A stretch of DNA of 40,664 nucleotides from Candidatus Sumerlaeaceae bacterium (GTDB taxonomy: Bacteria > Sumerlaeota > Sumerlaeia > Sumerlaeales > Sumerlaeaceae). The stretch is from assembly GCA_049968255.1 (NCBI GenBank), contig JBMFRB010000008.1:124379-165042 (forward strand). The letters run 5' to 3'. The notes under the pieces were generated by a model. It searched no databases. It was not told the origin of the DNA and worked only from the letters and a program-made list of their open reading frames with translations. The translations under genes were made by a program, and so were the position numbers. Positions 27,703 to 36,135 of this stretch are shown here, piece by piece. Each line of letters starts with the position of its first letter. Position 1 is the first letter of the stretch.

Positions 27703-28352
27703 CAATTCGAATCCTTGACGAGCGACGCCACCAACGCGCGTGCACACTCCAACGCTGCGTCCATGCCCTTGTCTCTCAAAACGTCGAGTACATCCGATTC
27801 GAGAACACTATTTAGGAGTTCAGCACGACGCTCTTGGCTCACCGGCAATACCTTGATTTCTTCGCGCAGACGCGACATCAGCTCGCCCATCGCGGCTAGA
27901 TTGTGCGAAAGTTCCATTTCCAGCCGGCGACGTAGATACTTAGCAAAAAATGGAGCTTCGCCTCCGCTGAAGACGGCGACCTCGATGTTGCCAGCGACAA
28001 AGCTCGCCGGCACAATGAAATCACAGTCTTCCGGAGCATCCGCACGGTTGACGAGAATGCAGCGTGCGCGCGCTGCTTTTGCCAGCTCGTCGTGGAGCTG
28101 GGCATCGGGCGAAGCAAGCAGCAGCAGCTTTGCCCCGTCGATATCCGAAACAGAAACAGCCTTGGGACGCCACTCAATTTTACCTTCGATCGCAAGTTTG
28201 CGCAACGCCTCGGTCGCCTGAGGGCTGACCAGCCGAACGCGAGCACCGTGGGAAAGAAGCCCGAGCACCTTGCGCTCACCAACTTTTCCCCCTCCCACGA
28301 CGACAGCTAACTCGCCGTCCAGACGGATTGCTATCGGATAAAACTTCGGCAC
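27699..28352 (-). CDS. Precorrin-2 dehydrogenase / sirohydrochlorin ferrochelatase (CysG N-terminal, SirC/Met8-like)
   Basis: YPIAIRL, VVGGGKVGERK, LVNRAD..CDFIVPA and VAVFSGG. SD AAGGAG. Confidence 0.88.
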   Translation of the reverse strand: MPKFYPIAIRLDGELAVVVGGGKVGERKVLGLLSHGARVRLVSPQATEALRKLAIEGKIEWRPKAVSVSDIDGAKLLLLASPDAQLHDELAKAARARCILVNRADAPEDCDFIVPASFVAGNIEVAVFSGGEAPFFAKYLRRRLEMELSHNLAAMGELMSRLREEIKVLPVSQERRAELLNSVLESDVLDVLRDKGMDAALECARALVASLVKDSNW

Positions 28353-28431
28353 GAGGCCACATCACTCCTTTAGCATTTTTTCCATGTCACAAGGCGTGTC
28401 TCAAGACCAAAACATTTTTCAACCTCTCCTG

Positions 28432-28473
28432 ACGAAAAGAGAAAGGCTGCGTTCGCATCGCGCGAACGCAGCC
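28432..28473 (-). terminator. Rho-independent terminator of the prepilin gene
   Basis: Perfect 12-bp stem GGCTGCGTTCGC/GCGAACGCAGCC (28445-28473) with a 5-nt loop, followed on the minus strand by TTTCTCTTTT. Confidence 0.8.
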
Positions 28474-28498
28474 AACAAAAGCAAAAAACAAAGGTTAT

Positions 28499-29242
28499 TT
28501 AGCGCTGCTGATCAATGGCAGCAACCAGACCAGAGCCTGCCTTGTAACCGCTAAACGAGCTGACAATACCGTAGCGCTGACCGCCGGCGCGCCAGATGCT
28601 TCCGCGCGAGACGGTACCGTTCGTCGGATCGTAGATCATGTCGAGGCAATCTGGCATATGATCCACGCCGTCGCTGGACAGTATGCCGCCGAGGTTGTAG
28701 TAGCAGCCGTCAGGACCGGTCGAGTGGAGCAACCACGCCCGCGGAGTCAACGACAGCGATGGGTTCGTGAATGGATCCGGCGGAAGTGTCGGGCGCTGAT
28801 CCTGGTTCCATGCCTGATAGATCAGCGTATTTTGCAAAGCTGTCGCATCACCCGCCGAGACGGCAGTGATGGTCGCAGTCTTCAACCCTGCCGCTGTTGA
28901 AGCGCTGTAGCGACCTTTGTAGATGAAAGGATCCTTAAAGCTCACCGTCGTGATATATCCGACTGGCGTGGAGAGCCGCTCCAAGACCCCGGGCCACGGT
29001 GGAATGTCGGCGCCAGTCAGCCCAAGGGCTGAAGCCACACCGAAGCGATGGCAGTTGGGATAAGCGTTGTTATCCACGTAGTACGATTCAAGCGCTGTTG
29101 CCATGCTACGCATGTCGGATTTCACACGCGACACTTTCGAGCGTGTTTGAGCCTCAAGGAAGTTCGGAACGGCGATCGCCGCAAGAATCGCGATGATGGC
29201 GACCACGATCAACAATTCGATGAGGGTGAAACCTCTCTTCAT
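28499..29242 (-). CDS. Type IV pilin / GspG-like prepilin
   Basis: SD GGAGGTGA. MKRG|FTLIELLIVVAIIAILAAIAVPNF; downstream motifs LSTPVGYI, STGPDG and YDPTNGTVSRGSI. Confidence 0.9.
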   Translation of the reverse strand: MKRGFTLIELLIVVAIIAILAAIAVPNFLEAQTRSKVSRVKSDMRSMATALESYYVDNNAYPNCHRFGVASALGLTGADIPPWPGVLERLSTPVGYITTVSFKDPFIYKGRYSASTAAGLKTATITAVSAGDATALQNTLIYQAWNQDQRPTLPPDPFTNPSLSLTPRAWLLHSTGPDGCYYNLGGILSSDGVDHMPDCLDMIYDPTNGTVSRGSIWRAGGQRYGIVSSFSGYKAGSGLVAAIDQQR

Positions 29243-29381
29243 ACTCACTCACCTCCAGAGTATAAAATCTTCTCACAACTCTACGTTGTGAATAGGAATC
29301 GGTACGAAAAATTTCGCGCACTTCGCAACAAAAAAATAAGGCCCACGTAATTTTCTTCTGTGACATCCTGATGAAAAACCG

Positions 29382-29411
29382 TTGCGCGCACATCAGCCCG
29401 CCGATTATAAG
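29382..29411 (+). promoter_or_regulatory. Putative promoter of the FAD-subunit gene
   Basis: TTGCGC-18 nt-TATAAG, ending 12 nt before ATG 29424. Confidence 0.3.
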
Positions 29412-29423
29412 GCAATCTTAGCC

Positions 29424-30326
29424 ATGTTCATTCAGCCAACAACCGTGACCGAAGCGCTTGAAGCAAAAAGACAATTTGGCGCAAACGCTGTGTTCCTGGC
29501 CGGCGGCACCGACCTCGTCGTTCTTATCAACCACGGCCGCATGCCCGCACGAATCTTTATAGATCTCTCTCACATTCCCGGCCTCGCCACCGTGGAGCGC
29601 CGCAGCGCCCACGATAGCGCGCGCGACCCTTTGCTTGCCGACTTTGACGCAGCGGAGATTTACGTCTGCGGCCCAGCCACCACGTTCGCCCAACTTGCGC
29701 ATTTGCCCGTGCGCACGCTCGCTGCGGCAGCGCGGAGTGTGGGCGGTCCGCAAATTCGGAATCGCGGCACCATTGGGGGAAATCTTGCCACAGCCTCGCC
29801 TGCGGGCGACGGCTCGACCGCGTTGCTTGCGCTTGACGCCCGCGTCGAAGTGCAAAATCTCGACAGCTCGCGCGTTATTCCCTTGCGGAACTTCTTCCTC
29901 GATTACCGCAAAACAGCACTCGCGCCCGACGAAATGATCGTACGCGTCGCCTTCCCCGCCACCTGGCTTAGCGGCTGGCGCAAGCTCGGTAAGCGCGGGG
30001 CGATGAACATTTCCACAGTCTGCTGTGCCCTCGGAGTCTCGGACTCCCGCTGCGTGCACGTGGCTTTTGGCAGCGTCGGCCCCTATCCTCTGCGGGCAGA
30101 AAAAACCGCCCAGTATCTCACAGATGCGCTCAAAGCCGATACCACTGCTTTTGCTGATCCATGCGTTCTGCAGCGAGCCGCGGAACTGGCTCAAGCCGAA
30201 GTGCGACCCATTGACGATTTTCGTGCCAGCGCCGACTATCGCCGCGCCATGAGCGGAGCGCTTTTGCAGAAAGTGATGCGGCAGCTCGCGCAGGACCTCT
30301 CGCCTGCCGCGTCCCTATCCGTGTGA
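29424..30326 (+). CDS. Molybdenum hydroxylase FAD-binding subunit (CoxM/XdhB-like)
   Basis: LAGGTDL, VGGPQIRNRGTIGGNLATASPAGD and RPIDDFRASADYRR. Confidence 0.9.
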   Translation: MFIQPTTVTEALEAKRQFGANAVFLAGGTDLVVLINHGRMPARIFIDLSHIPGLATVERRSAHDSARDPLLADFDAAEIYVCGPATTFAQLAHLPVRTLAAAARSVGGPQIRNRGTIGGNLATASPAGDGSTALLALDARVEVQNLDSSRVIPLRNFFLDYRKTALAPDEMIVRVAFPATWLSGWRKLGKRGAMNISTVCCALGVSDSRCVHVAFGSVGPYPLRAEKTAQYLTDALKADTTAFADPCVLQRAAELAQAEVRPIDDFRASADYRRAMSGALLQKVMRQLAQDLSPAASLSV

Positions 30327-30369
30327 AACCCGCGCTGGCGTTTGAATCCCGCAATTCCCAGCGCGCAAT

Positions 30370-31452
30370 TCATCTCCACACACCGGGCACCGCCGCGCCG
30401 CACTGAGGACATTGCCCATCGCCGCTGATGTGCTTTTCGAGCACCGCGAAACCGAAACGTTTCACGAGCAGCGCGTGGCATTGGGGACAACGTGTGTTCT
30501 CTAGATCCCCCACGGCCCCAGGAATATTCCCTGCATAGACGTAGCGCAATCCTTCCTCGCGCCCGATATTTGCCGCCATCACGAGCTGATCCACGCGTGT
30601 ACTCGGTGTGGCCGACATTTTGTAATCGCTGTGGAATGCCGTCACATGCCAGGGAATATCCGGCGACACATTGGCGATGAAACGCGCAAGCTCCCGCAGC
30701 TCCTCGGGCGAGTCGTTGAACCCTGGCACCACGAGAGTGACAATTTCCGTCCAAATGCCGCGACGGTGCAATTCCTTGATTGTGTCAAGCACCACGCTCA
30801 GTCGCCCACCTAGCCGCCGATACGAGGCCTCACGCATACCCTTGAGATCCACTTTCATACCATCCAGCCAGGGAGCGAGAAAATCGAGTACCTCAGGTGT
30901 GGCGAAGCCGTTCGAAACATAAGTGCACTTGAGACCTTCCGCCTTGGCGAGACGGAAAATGTCGACCGCCCACTCTGACGTTATGAGAGGCTCATTGTAG
31001 GTGCTCGTCACAACCCGCGCGCCATGGCGCACGGCTAGAGCCACAACTTGCTCTGGCGTGATCTCGCGATAGGCCCGACTACCATAGTGGCTCGGGTCCG
31101 CCGCCGGATCGCGTAGCGCCTGGCTAGTCAGCCAATTCTGGCAATAATCGCAGCGAAAATTGCAGCCCAGCATGCCAAAGCTCAGCGCATCGCTGCCCGG
31201 TAGGAAATGGAAAAACGGTTTCTTTTCAATCGGATCGACATTGAGCCCAGCCACATAGCCCCACGGCACTTGCAGCGTCTGGCCGTCGTGAGAGCGCACT
31301 TTGCACACGCCCCTCGCGCCGGGCGCAAGGAGGCACCGATGACCACACGCTAAGCATCGCAATTTGCCGCTCGGATGCAGTTCCACAAGCTCCGGCGCAG
31401 CTGGCCGGGTCAACGTGTCGAGCACCTCTTTCAAACCCTGCGTCGGCGTCAT
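30370..31452 (-). CDS. amrS: AmmeMemoRadiSam system radical SAM enzyme
   Basis: N-terminal CxxCxxxC...GxCxVR, DPIEKKPFFHF, GCNFRCDYCQNW, TYNEP, PWHVTAFH, YVYAGN and C-terminal CPQC x2. SD GAGGTG before ATG 31452. Confidence 0.92.
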   Translation of the reverse strand: MTPTQGLKEVLDTLTRPAAPELVELHPSGKLRCLACGHRCLLAPGARGVCKVRSHDGQTLQVPWGYVAGLNVDPIEKKPFFHFLPGSDALSFGMLGCNFRCDYCQNWLTSQALRDPAADPSHYGSRAYREITPEQVVALAVRHGARVVTSTYNEPLITSEWAVDIFRLAKAEGLKCTYVSNGFATPEVLDFLAPWLDGMKVDLKGMREASYRRLGGRLSVVLDTIKELHRRGIWTEIVTLVVPGFNDSPEELRELARFIANVSPDIPWHVTAFHSDYKMSATPSTRVDQLVMAANIGREEGLRYVYAGNIPGAVGDLENTRCPQCHALLVKRFGFAVLEKHISGDGQCPQCGAAVPGVWR

Positions 31453-31951
31453 GGCTGTGCCCACCTCTTCGAAACAACTACCAATCCCGCCCACGAATGT
31501 TTGTTCGGCGGTGTGGCGCGCCACAGGTCGCGTGGCAGCAGTAACCTTTGCTGCCAGAGTTTGCGTCAAACCCACACCTTCGAGCAGCGTCCCTTACCCG
31601 GTTGCGTTCCTTGCGGGAAAGCAGCAGCGCGCCACATGTGCTTGCGTCACGGTTCGACCTCGCCCTAACTTGTGGCCCATTAACGGCACGCTGCGCGAAG
31701 CTCACACCACGACGGGCCATCCGCGTACCCTGGCTGGTCGATAGGGGCTCTTGGTCGCCTACGCTGCCGAAGCCACATGCCGCAGACCTGCGCGGCGTTG
31801 GCAATTTCCGTGGCCTGTCTTATGCTTACCGACCAGCATGTCTTTACACTTGCAAAAACTTTGGAGCGTCACATGGCCGCTTGCAGATCGCGGCACACAC
31901 GCGCGTTTTTCCCAATTCTTGCATTCGCTCATTGAATCTGCGCTGAAAGTC

Positions 31952-33319
31952 ATGCAAGGATCTCGGGTCATGGATGCGGTGCCCAGAGGACAGCGTCTGG
32001 CCGAGGAGGCGGAATTTCTCAGCCGGCTCTATGAGATTCAGCGTCGCGCATTTCTGCCCCTGCGTTGGCTCATCTATGCGCTCGCCCTCACCTTTTGGGC
32101 GCTGAGCCGCCCCTTCCATTGGCCGCCGCCCCCTGACGTCTTTGCGCTCTTTGTGGTTTCTTTTCTCTGGCTCTGCGCCGAAACGTATTTGCTCTGGGTC
32201 TCGCGTCCAGCGCTGCGCCAGATACGCCCGCTCTGCCTTGCTAGCTATGCGCTCGATGTCGTGTTTGTCAGCCTGCTTGTCTGGTTCGACTCTGTTCGTT
32301 ATGCCACTGTCGCCGCCGGGCCTACCGATTTTTATCTGCTCTATTTTATCGTGCTTCTGCGGAGTTTCGCGTTGTTCCGCAGCGTGAGCGCCACTCTTCT
32401 CGTCAATGGCCTCATCGGGGTGCTTTTTGTTATCAATCTGCTATGGCAGGAAACGTCGCTTCCATCCTATTCTTTGCGCAACAATCTCATTCGGCTCGCG
32501 TTCTTTTGGGTAGTCGTGTTTATGTCAGGCATCATCACCGCCGTGGTGAACCGACAAAAAGCCGAGCTCAGCGAAGCACGCGAGAAACTTTTGCGTTCCG
32601 AGAACATGGCCGTGCTCGGTCAATTGGCTGCCGGTGTAGCTCATGAGATCAACAATCCCATCGGCGTTATCTCGGCCTATGCGGAGTATTTGGAAAAGAA
32701 TTCGCCGCCCGATGATCCACGGCGCGAGGACTTTGCCGCCATACATCGCGAGGCACAGCGCTGCCAATCCATTGTCGAAGGGCTGCTCGGTTTGGCGCGA
32801 CGTGCCAACAGTGCACGCGGGCGCTTCGAGATTGCCGAGGTTATCGGGCAGGCGCTGGCACTCATGGCGCAGCAGCAAGGCTCCGACGCCGTGCAAATCG
32901 AAGTCCATGTGCCCAAGGACGAACTCCCACCGCTTATCGGCGATCGCGCTTTGCTCGTCCAGGCCGTGCTCAATGTCGTGCTCAACGCGCGCCAGGCTCT
33001 CGGGGAAAAGGGTGGCTGCATCCGCGTTGCAGCAGAGTACCGGGCTGCCAGCGAGCGGGTCGCTTTGATTGTCGACGACAGCGGGGGGGGCATTGCGCCC
33101 GCGGATTTGCCCCATATTTTTGAGCCCTTCTTTTCGCGTCGTGTGGGCGGCGTCGGCCTCGGTCTGGCGATCACCAGGCGCATCGTCGAAGATCATGGCG
33201 GCGAAATTCACATTCAAAGCATCCTCGGCCAGGGCACACGCGTGGAAATCCTGCTTCCTGCCACCCCACCCCCACGCAAAGGTTCCTCCGCCAAGCTGCG
33301 CCGTGTCGAAAAAATATGA
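31952..33319 (+). CDS. Membrane-bound sensor histidine kinase (NtrB/PilS-type HisKA)
   Basis: About 6 TM segments, LAAGVAHEINNP, NVVLNARQA, DDSGGGI, IFEPFFS and GLGLAIT. Start 31952 or 31970. Confidence 0.88.
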   Translation: MQGSRVMDAVPRGQRLAEEAEFLSRLYEIQRRAFLPLRWLIYALALTFWALSRPFHWPPPPDVFALFVVSFLWLCAETYLLWVSRPALRQIRPLCLASYALDVVFVSLLVWFDSVRYATVAAGPTDFYLLYFIVLLRSFALFRSVSATLLVNGLIGVLFVINLLWQETSLPSYSLRNNLIRLAFFWVVVFMSGIITAVVNRQKAELSEAREKLLRSENMAVLGQLAAGVAHEINNPIGVISAYAEYLEKNSPPDDPRREDFAAIHREAQRCQSIVEGLLGLARRANSARGRFEIAEVIGQALALMAQQQGSDAVQIEVHVPKDELPPLIGDRALLVQAVLNVVLNARQALGEKGGCIRVAAEYRAASERVALIVDDSGGGIAPADLPHIFEPFFSRRVGGVGLGLAITRRIVEDHGGEIHIQSILGQGTRVEILLPATPPPRKGSSAKLRRVEKI

Positions 33320-33821
33320 AAGTTACAAGAGGGCTAAGTCCTGGTCTACCCCCTAAGCAGGCTATCTACCAGGTTCTTTAGCTGCCAAAGAAAACCTCAT
33401 CATTCCACACCATGGCCTCCTTTCGATTTCGCCATCGATGAGATGCTTGCCTTGAAGCACCGGCATACACCGATCCTCGAACATACGACTTCTATGAAAT
33501 TACAACCGTCAGTCATCACTGGCCAACGATGTTGCAAGCGTTACCCCCACGGGGCATACTCAAGAAGCCCAGAGCTGTAGGCCCTATCAGGTGAAAAAGG
33601 AGGGAAAAAATAACAGAAAGGAAGTGACCCAGGATGCAAGTGATGGGAACTTAGCGAATTGGTAATACAATTTTCCAGTAAGCGCTAACCTTATTGTTAC
33701 TGAATCTCAACTTAGTAACCCAATTCTGCATGGTTTGTATATGGGCACTGTGCGCATAGTCCTGAAGGCCCTCCTGGCCTTTCCCCGATGCCAGGAAAGT
33801 TCTCCGTGTGCCAACCTCACG

Positions 33822-34934
33822 TTATTTCGCCGGACGCAGGTTTGGCGTGGATCGCGCGAAGCGTTCGAAGTAGCGACGCTGGAAGAGCAGCTCGTTATGT
33901 CCCAGATTGGTATAGATGAAGACGTAAGGTTCCTGCCGGAGAATCAGGTCAAGCGCCTCCGCTCCCACGCTTGCCCACCGATTGCTCGCGTTGCGCCGCT
34001 GCAGCTCGGTCAAATAGGTCCCTGCCGTCGTTAGCCCTTCGTCGTGCACAACCATGAGCTTTTCCCCCGCCAGGCACAACCGACTCATAATTTGCACATT
34101 CTCTGTAGCCAGGTGATCAGTGAAAATGCTGCGAAGGCGCTTTTTCGGTGGCTCAGGAAATGTTGCCGGCAGGGCTAACTCGTCGAAAAATCCATAAGCG
34201 GCGTCGAATAGCCACACCTCCGCGATTTGGTCCCAAGCTCCGCCATGATCGAGAATGTTTGCCATCACGCGATAGGCTCCGCTGTGGCCGCTGAGAATGA
34301 TGCGGCCAAGGCGTGTCGTTTTCGAGCCGCAAATTTCGTTGCGCCGAATGACGTCCATCACTTCGGCCACAAAAGCCGCGAAGGCCCCCTCTTTTTCCAG
34401 TTTGCCGCCGCCACTGTCCGGCGCGTATTTCGGGCCCTGGGGCACAACAAGGATAGCAAGGCGGTCGCTGTCGCGCAGCTGTTCTCCCAGGTGAAACTCT
34501 TCCACCGCACGAAGGCACTCGTTGAAATGGCCATGGAAATGAACAATGAGATCTAATTGCGGCAAAGGCTCGCGCCCCGCTTCGCCGCGCCGCGCGCCTG
34601 TCTGGGAAGCAATTTCCAAAATTTGCGTGGGCACGGCCATGGCCACACGGTTGTCGTCATAATGCCCCTCGTAAGGGAAAACCCCACGTTTCGACACAAA
34701 GCCGCTTGTGCGGCTATCGTCGGGGAAAGGTGCTGTGGCCAACTTGGCCACACCAAGCCGCCCCCACGGCGTCTTCGCCCATTCCGAACCGTCGTCCGCC
34801 GCAACGAAGTGATACTTTTTTGCCGGATGTGTCGTCGGAAGCTCGTCCGTCATCCTAGCCACCGTCGACTGCGCTACGAGTACGACTCCCACGGCAAACC
34901 ACACCCAAATCCATCGCAAGCGAAGCTTCCTCAT
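33822..34934 (-). CDS. Secreted alpha/beta-hydrolase-fold protein of unknown function
   Basis: Signal peptide MRKLRLRWIWVWFAVGVVLVA, HFHG oxyanion-like motif, nucleophile elbow GHSGA, LFDA and late GHNE. ATGA overlap with the permease stop. Confidence 0.7.
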   Translation of the reverse strand: MRKLRLRWIWVWFAVGVVLVAQSTVARMTDELPTTHPAKKYHFVAADDGSEWAKTPWGRLGVAKLATAPFPDDSRTSGFVSKRGVFPYEGHYDDNRVAMAVPTQILEIASQTGARRGEAGREPLPQLDLIVHFHGHFNECLRAVEEFHLGEQLRDSDRLAILVVPQGPKYAPDSGGGKLEKEGAFAAFVAEVMDVIRRNEICGSKTTRLGRIILSGHSGAYRVMANILDHGGAWDQIAEVWLFDAAYGFFDELALPATFPEPPKKRLRSIFTDHLATENVQIMSRLCLAGEKLMVVHDEGLTTAGTYLTELQRRNASNRWASVGAEALDLILRQEPYVFIYTNLGHNELLFQRRYFERFARSTPNLRPAK

Positions 34935-35974
34935 TCGTAATGCACTTTTTTCCCGAACACGCGATTCTGCACCAGGGTCAGTAGGAGAATGATCACAAAC
35001 AGTATGTAGGCCACCGCCGCAGCATAGCCTAGCTCCTTGTAGCCCTGGAACCCAGTTTGGTAGAGGTAAAACACGAGAGTTTGTGTTGTTCGACCCGGGC
35101 CACCCGTCGGCGTCATGACGTACATGGGCACAAACACTTTGAAGGCGGCGATCATGGAGATAATCGCAATGAAAAACGTCGTCGGGCTCAGCAGGGGCCA
35201 CGTGATGTGACGGAACTTTTGCCATGGTGTGGCGCCGTCGATGTCTGCCGCTTCATAGTAAGTCTTGTCAATGTTTTGCAAGCCCGCGAGGAAAATCACC
35301 ATGAAGTAGCCCGTGTCGCGCCACACGCTTGTAAGAATCACCGCAAACATGGCCAGTGATGGCCCTGCCAGCAGGGGGTGCATTTGCTCGGGCAACGGCA
35401 AGCCAAGCCCGTCGCGCAGGAGCATCTCAATGATCCCACGCGATTCATTCAGCCAGCCGAACGTCGGAAGCCCCATCTCCGACAACAAGTAATTCAGCAG
35501 GCCGAACTGCTCGTTAAAAATGTACTTGAACACGATGGAAATGGCGACCCACGTCGTCACGTAGGGCAGAAAGTAAATCGTGCGGAACACACCCACGCCC
35601 TTCACTTTTGTGTTCATCATCATCGCCACAACCAGCGATGCTGCGATCGTCAGCGGCACGCTATAGATCACATAGTTGATCGTATTGAAGAGCACCTGAC
35701 GAAAATCTGTGTCGGCAAGGGCACGTTTGTAATTTTCCAAGCCTACCCAATGCACGTCGCTCAGGCGCGCAGCGCCCACCCAATCCGTGAACGAAAGCAA
35801 AATCGAAAAAATGACAGGAAAAAACCAAAATGTTAACAATATAACGCCTGCCGGCATGAGGTAGAGGTAGGCTTCCGTGTTCTCGCGAAGTCGTGGCTTG
35901 CGGATAAAGCGGATCGCGTACATGGCAAACGCCCACACAGTGATTGCCAACAGAGAGGCCACTGTTGCTTTCAC
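34931..35974 (-). CDS. Carbohydrate ABC transporter permease (MalF/UgpA-like)
   Basis: WVGLENY, FRTIYFLP, EAA loop YYEAADIDGA and PLLSPTTFF. Multiple TM segments. Confidence 0.93.
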   Translation of the reverse strand: MKATVASLLAITVWAFAMYAIRFIRKPRLRENTEAYLYLMPAGVILLTFWFFPVIFSILLSFTDWVGAARLSDVHWVGLENYKRALADTDFRQVLFNTINYVIYSVPLTIAASLVVAMMMNTKVKGVGVFRTIYFLPYVTTWVAISIVFKYIFNEQFGLLNYLLSEMGLPTFGWLNESRGIIEMLLRDGLGLPLPEQMHPLLAGPSLAMFAVILTSVWRDTGYFMVIFLAGLQNIDKTYYEAADIDGATPWQKFRHITWPLLSPTTFFIAIISMIAAFKVFVPMYVMTPTGGPGRTTQTLVFYLYQTGFQGYKELGYAAAVAYILFVIILLLTLVQNRVFGKKVHYE

Positions 35975-36135
35975 GATCTGCTTGAACCTCGTCTCGCTGA
36001 AATTTGGATCAAGTATAGTCGCGGCACATAACCCGCGATTTCAACCGAGAAAAAAGCACGGTTGGCAGAAAAACGAGACGTCGCTTTGAGCAGAAAACAG
36101 CCACGAACCGGGGCAACACAAACGCCGACCCATGC

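Noticed and set aside
31530-31620. GACGCAAA on the minus strand suggesting a c-di-GMP-I riboswitch before amrS
   Set aside because: The upstream GGCAAAC...GAAA P2 stem is absent.
31640-31670. GGTTCGA T-loop-like sequence (possible tRNA)
   Set aside because: No cloverleaf: T-stem, acceptor stem and D-arm do not pair.
33412-33594. Reading frame with an in-frame TGA at 33439 (possible selenoprotein or pseudogene)
   Set aside because: No redox-motif context, no evident SECIS hairpin, no SD and no recognisable family.
33748-33775. GTGCGCATA resembling the XerC arm of dif
   Set aside because: No XerD arm (TTATGTTAAAT-like) at the 6-bp spacing.
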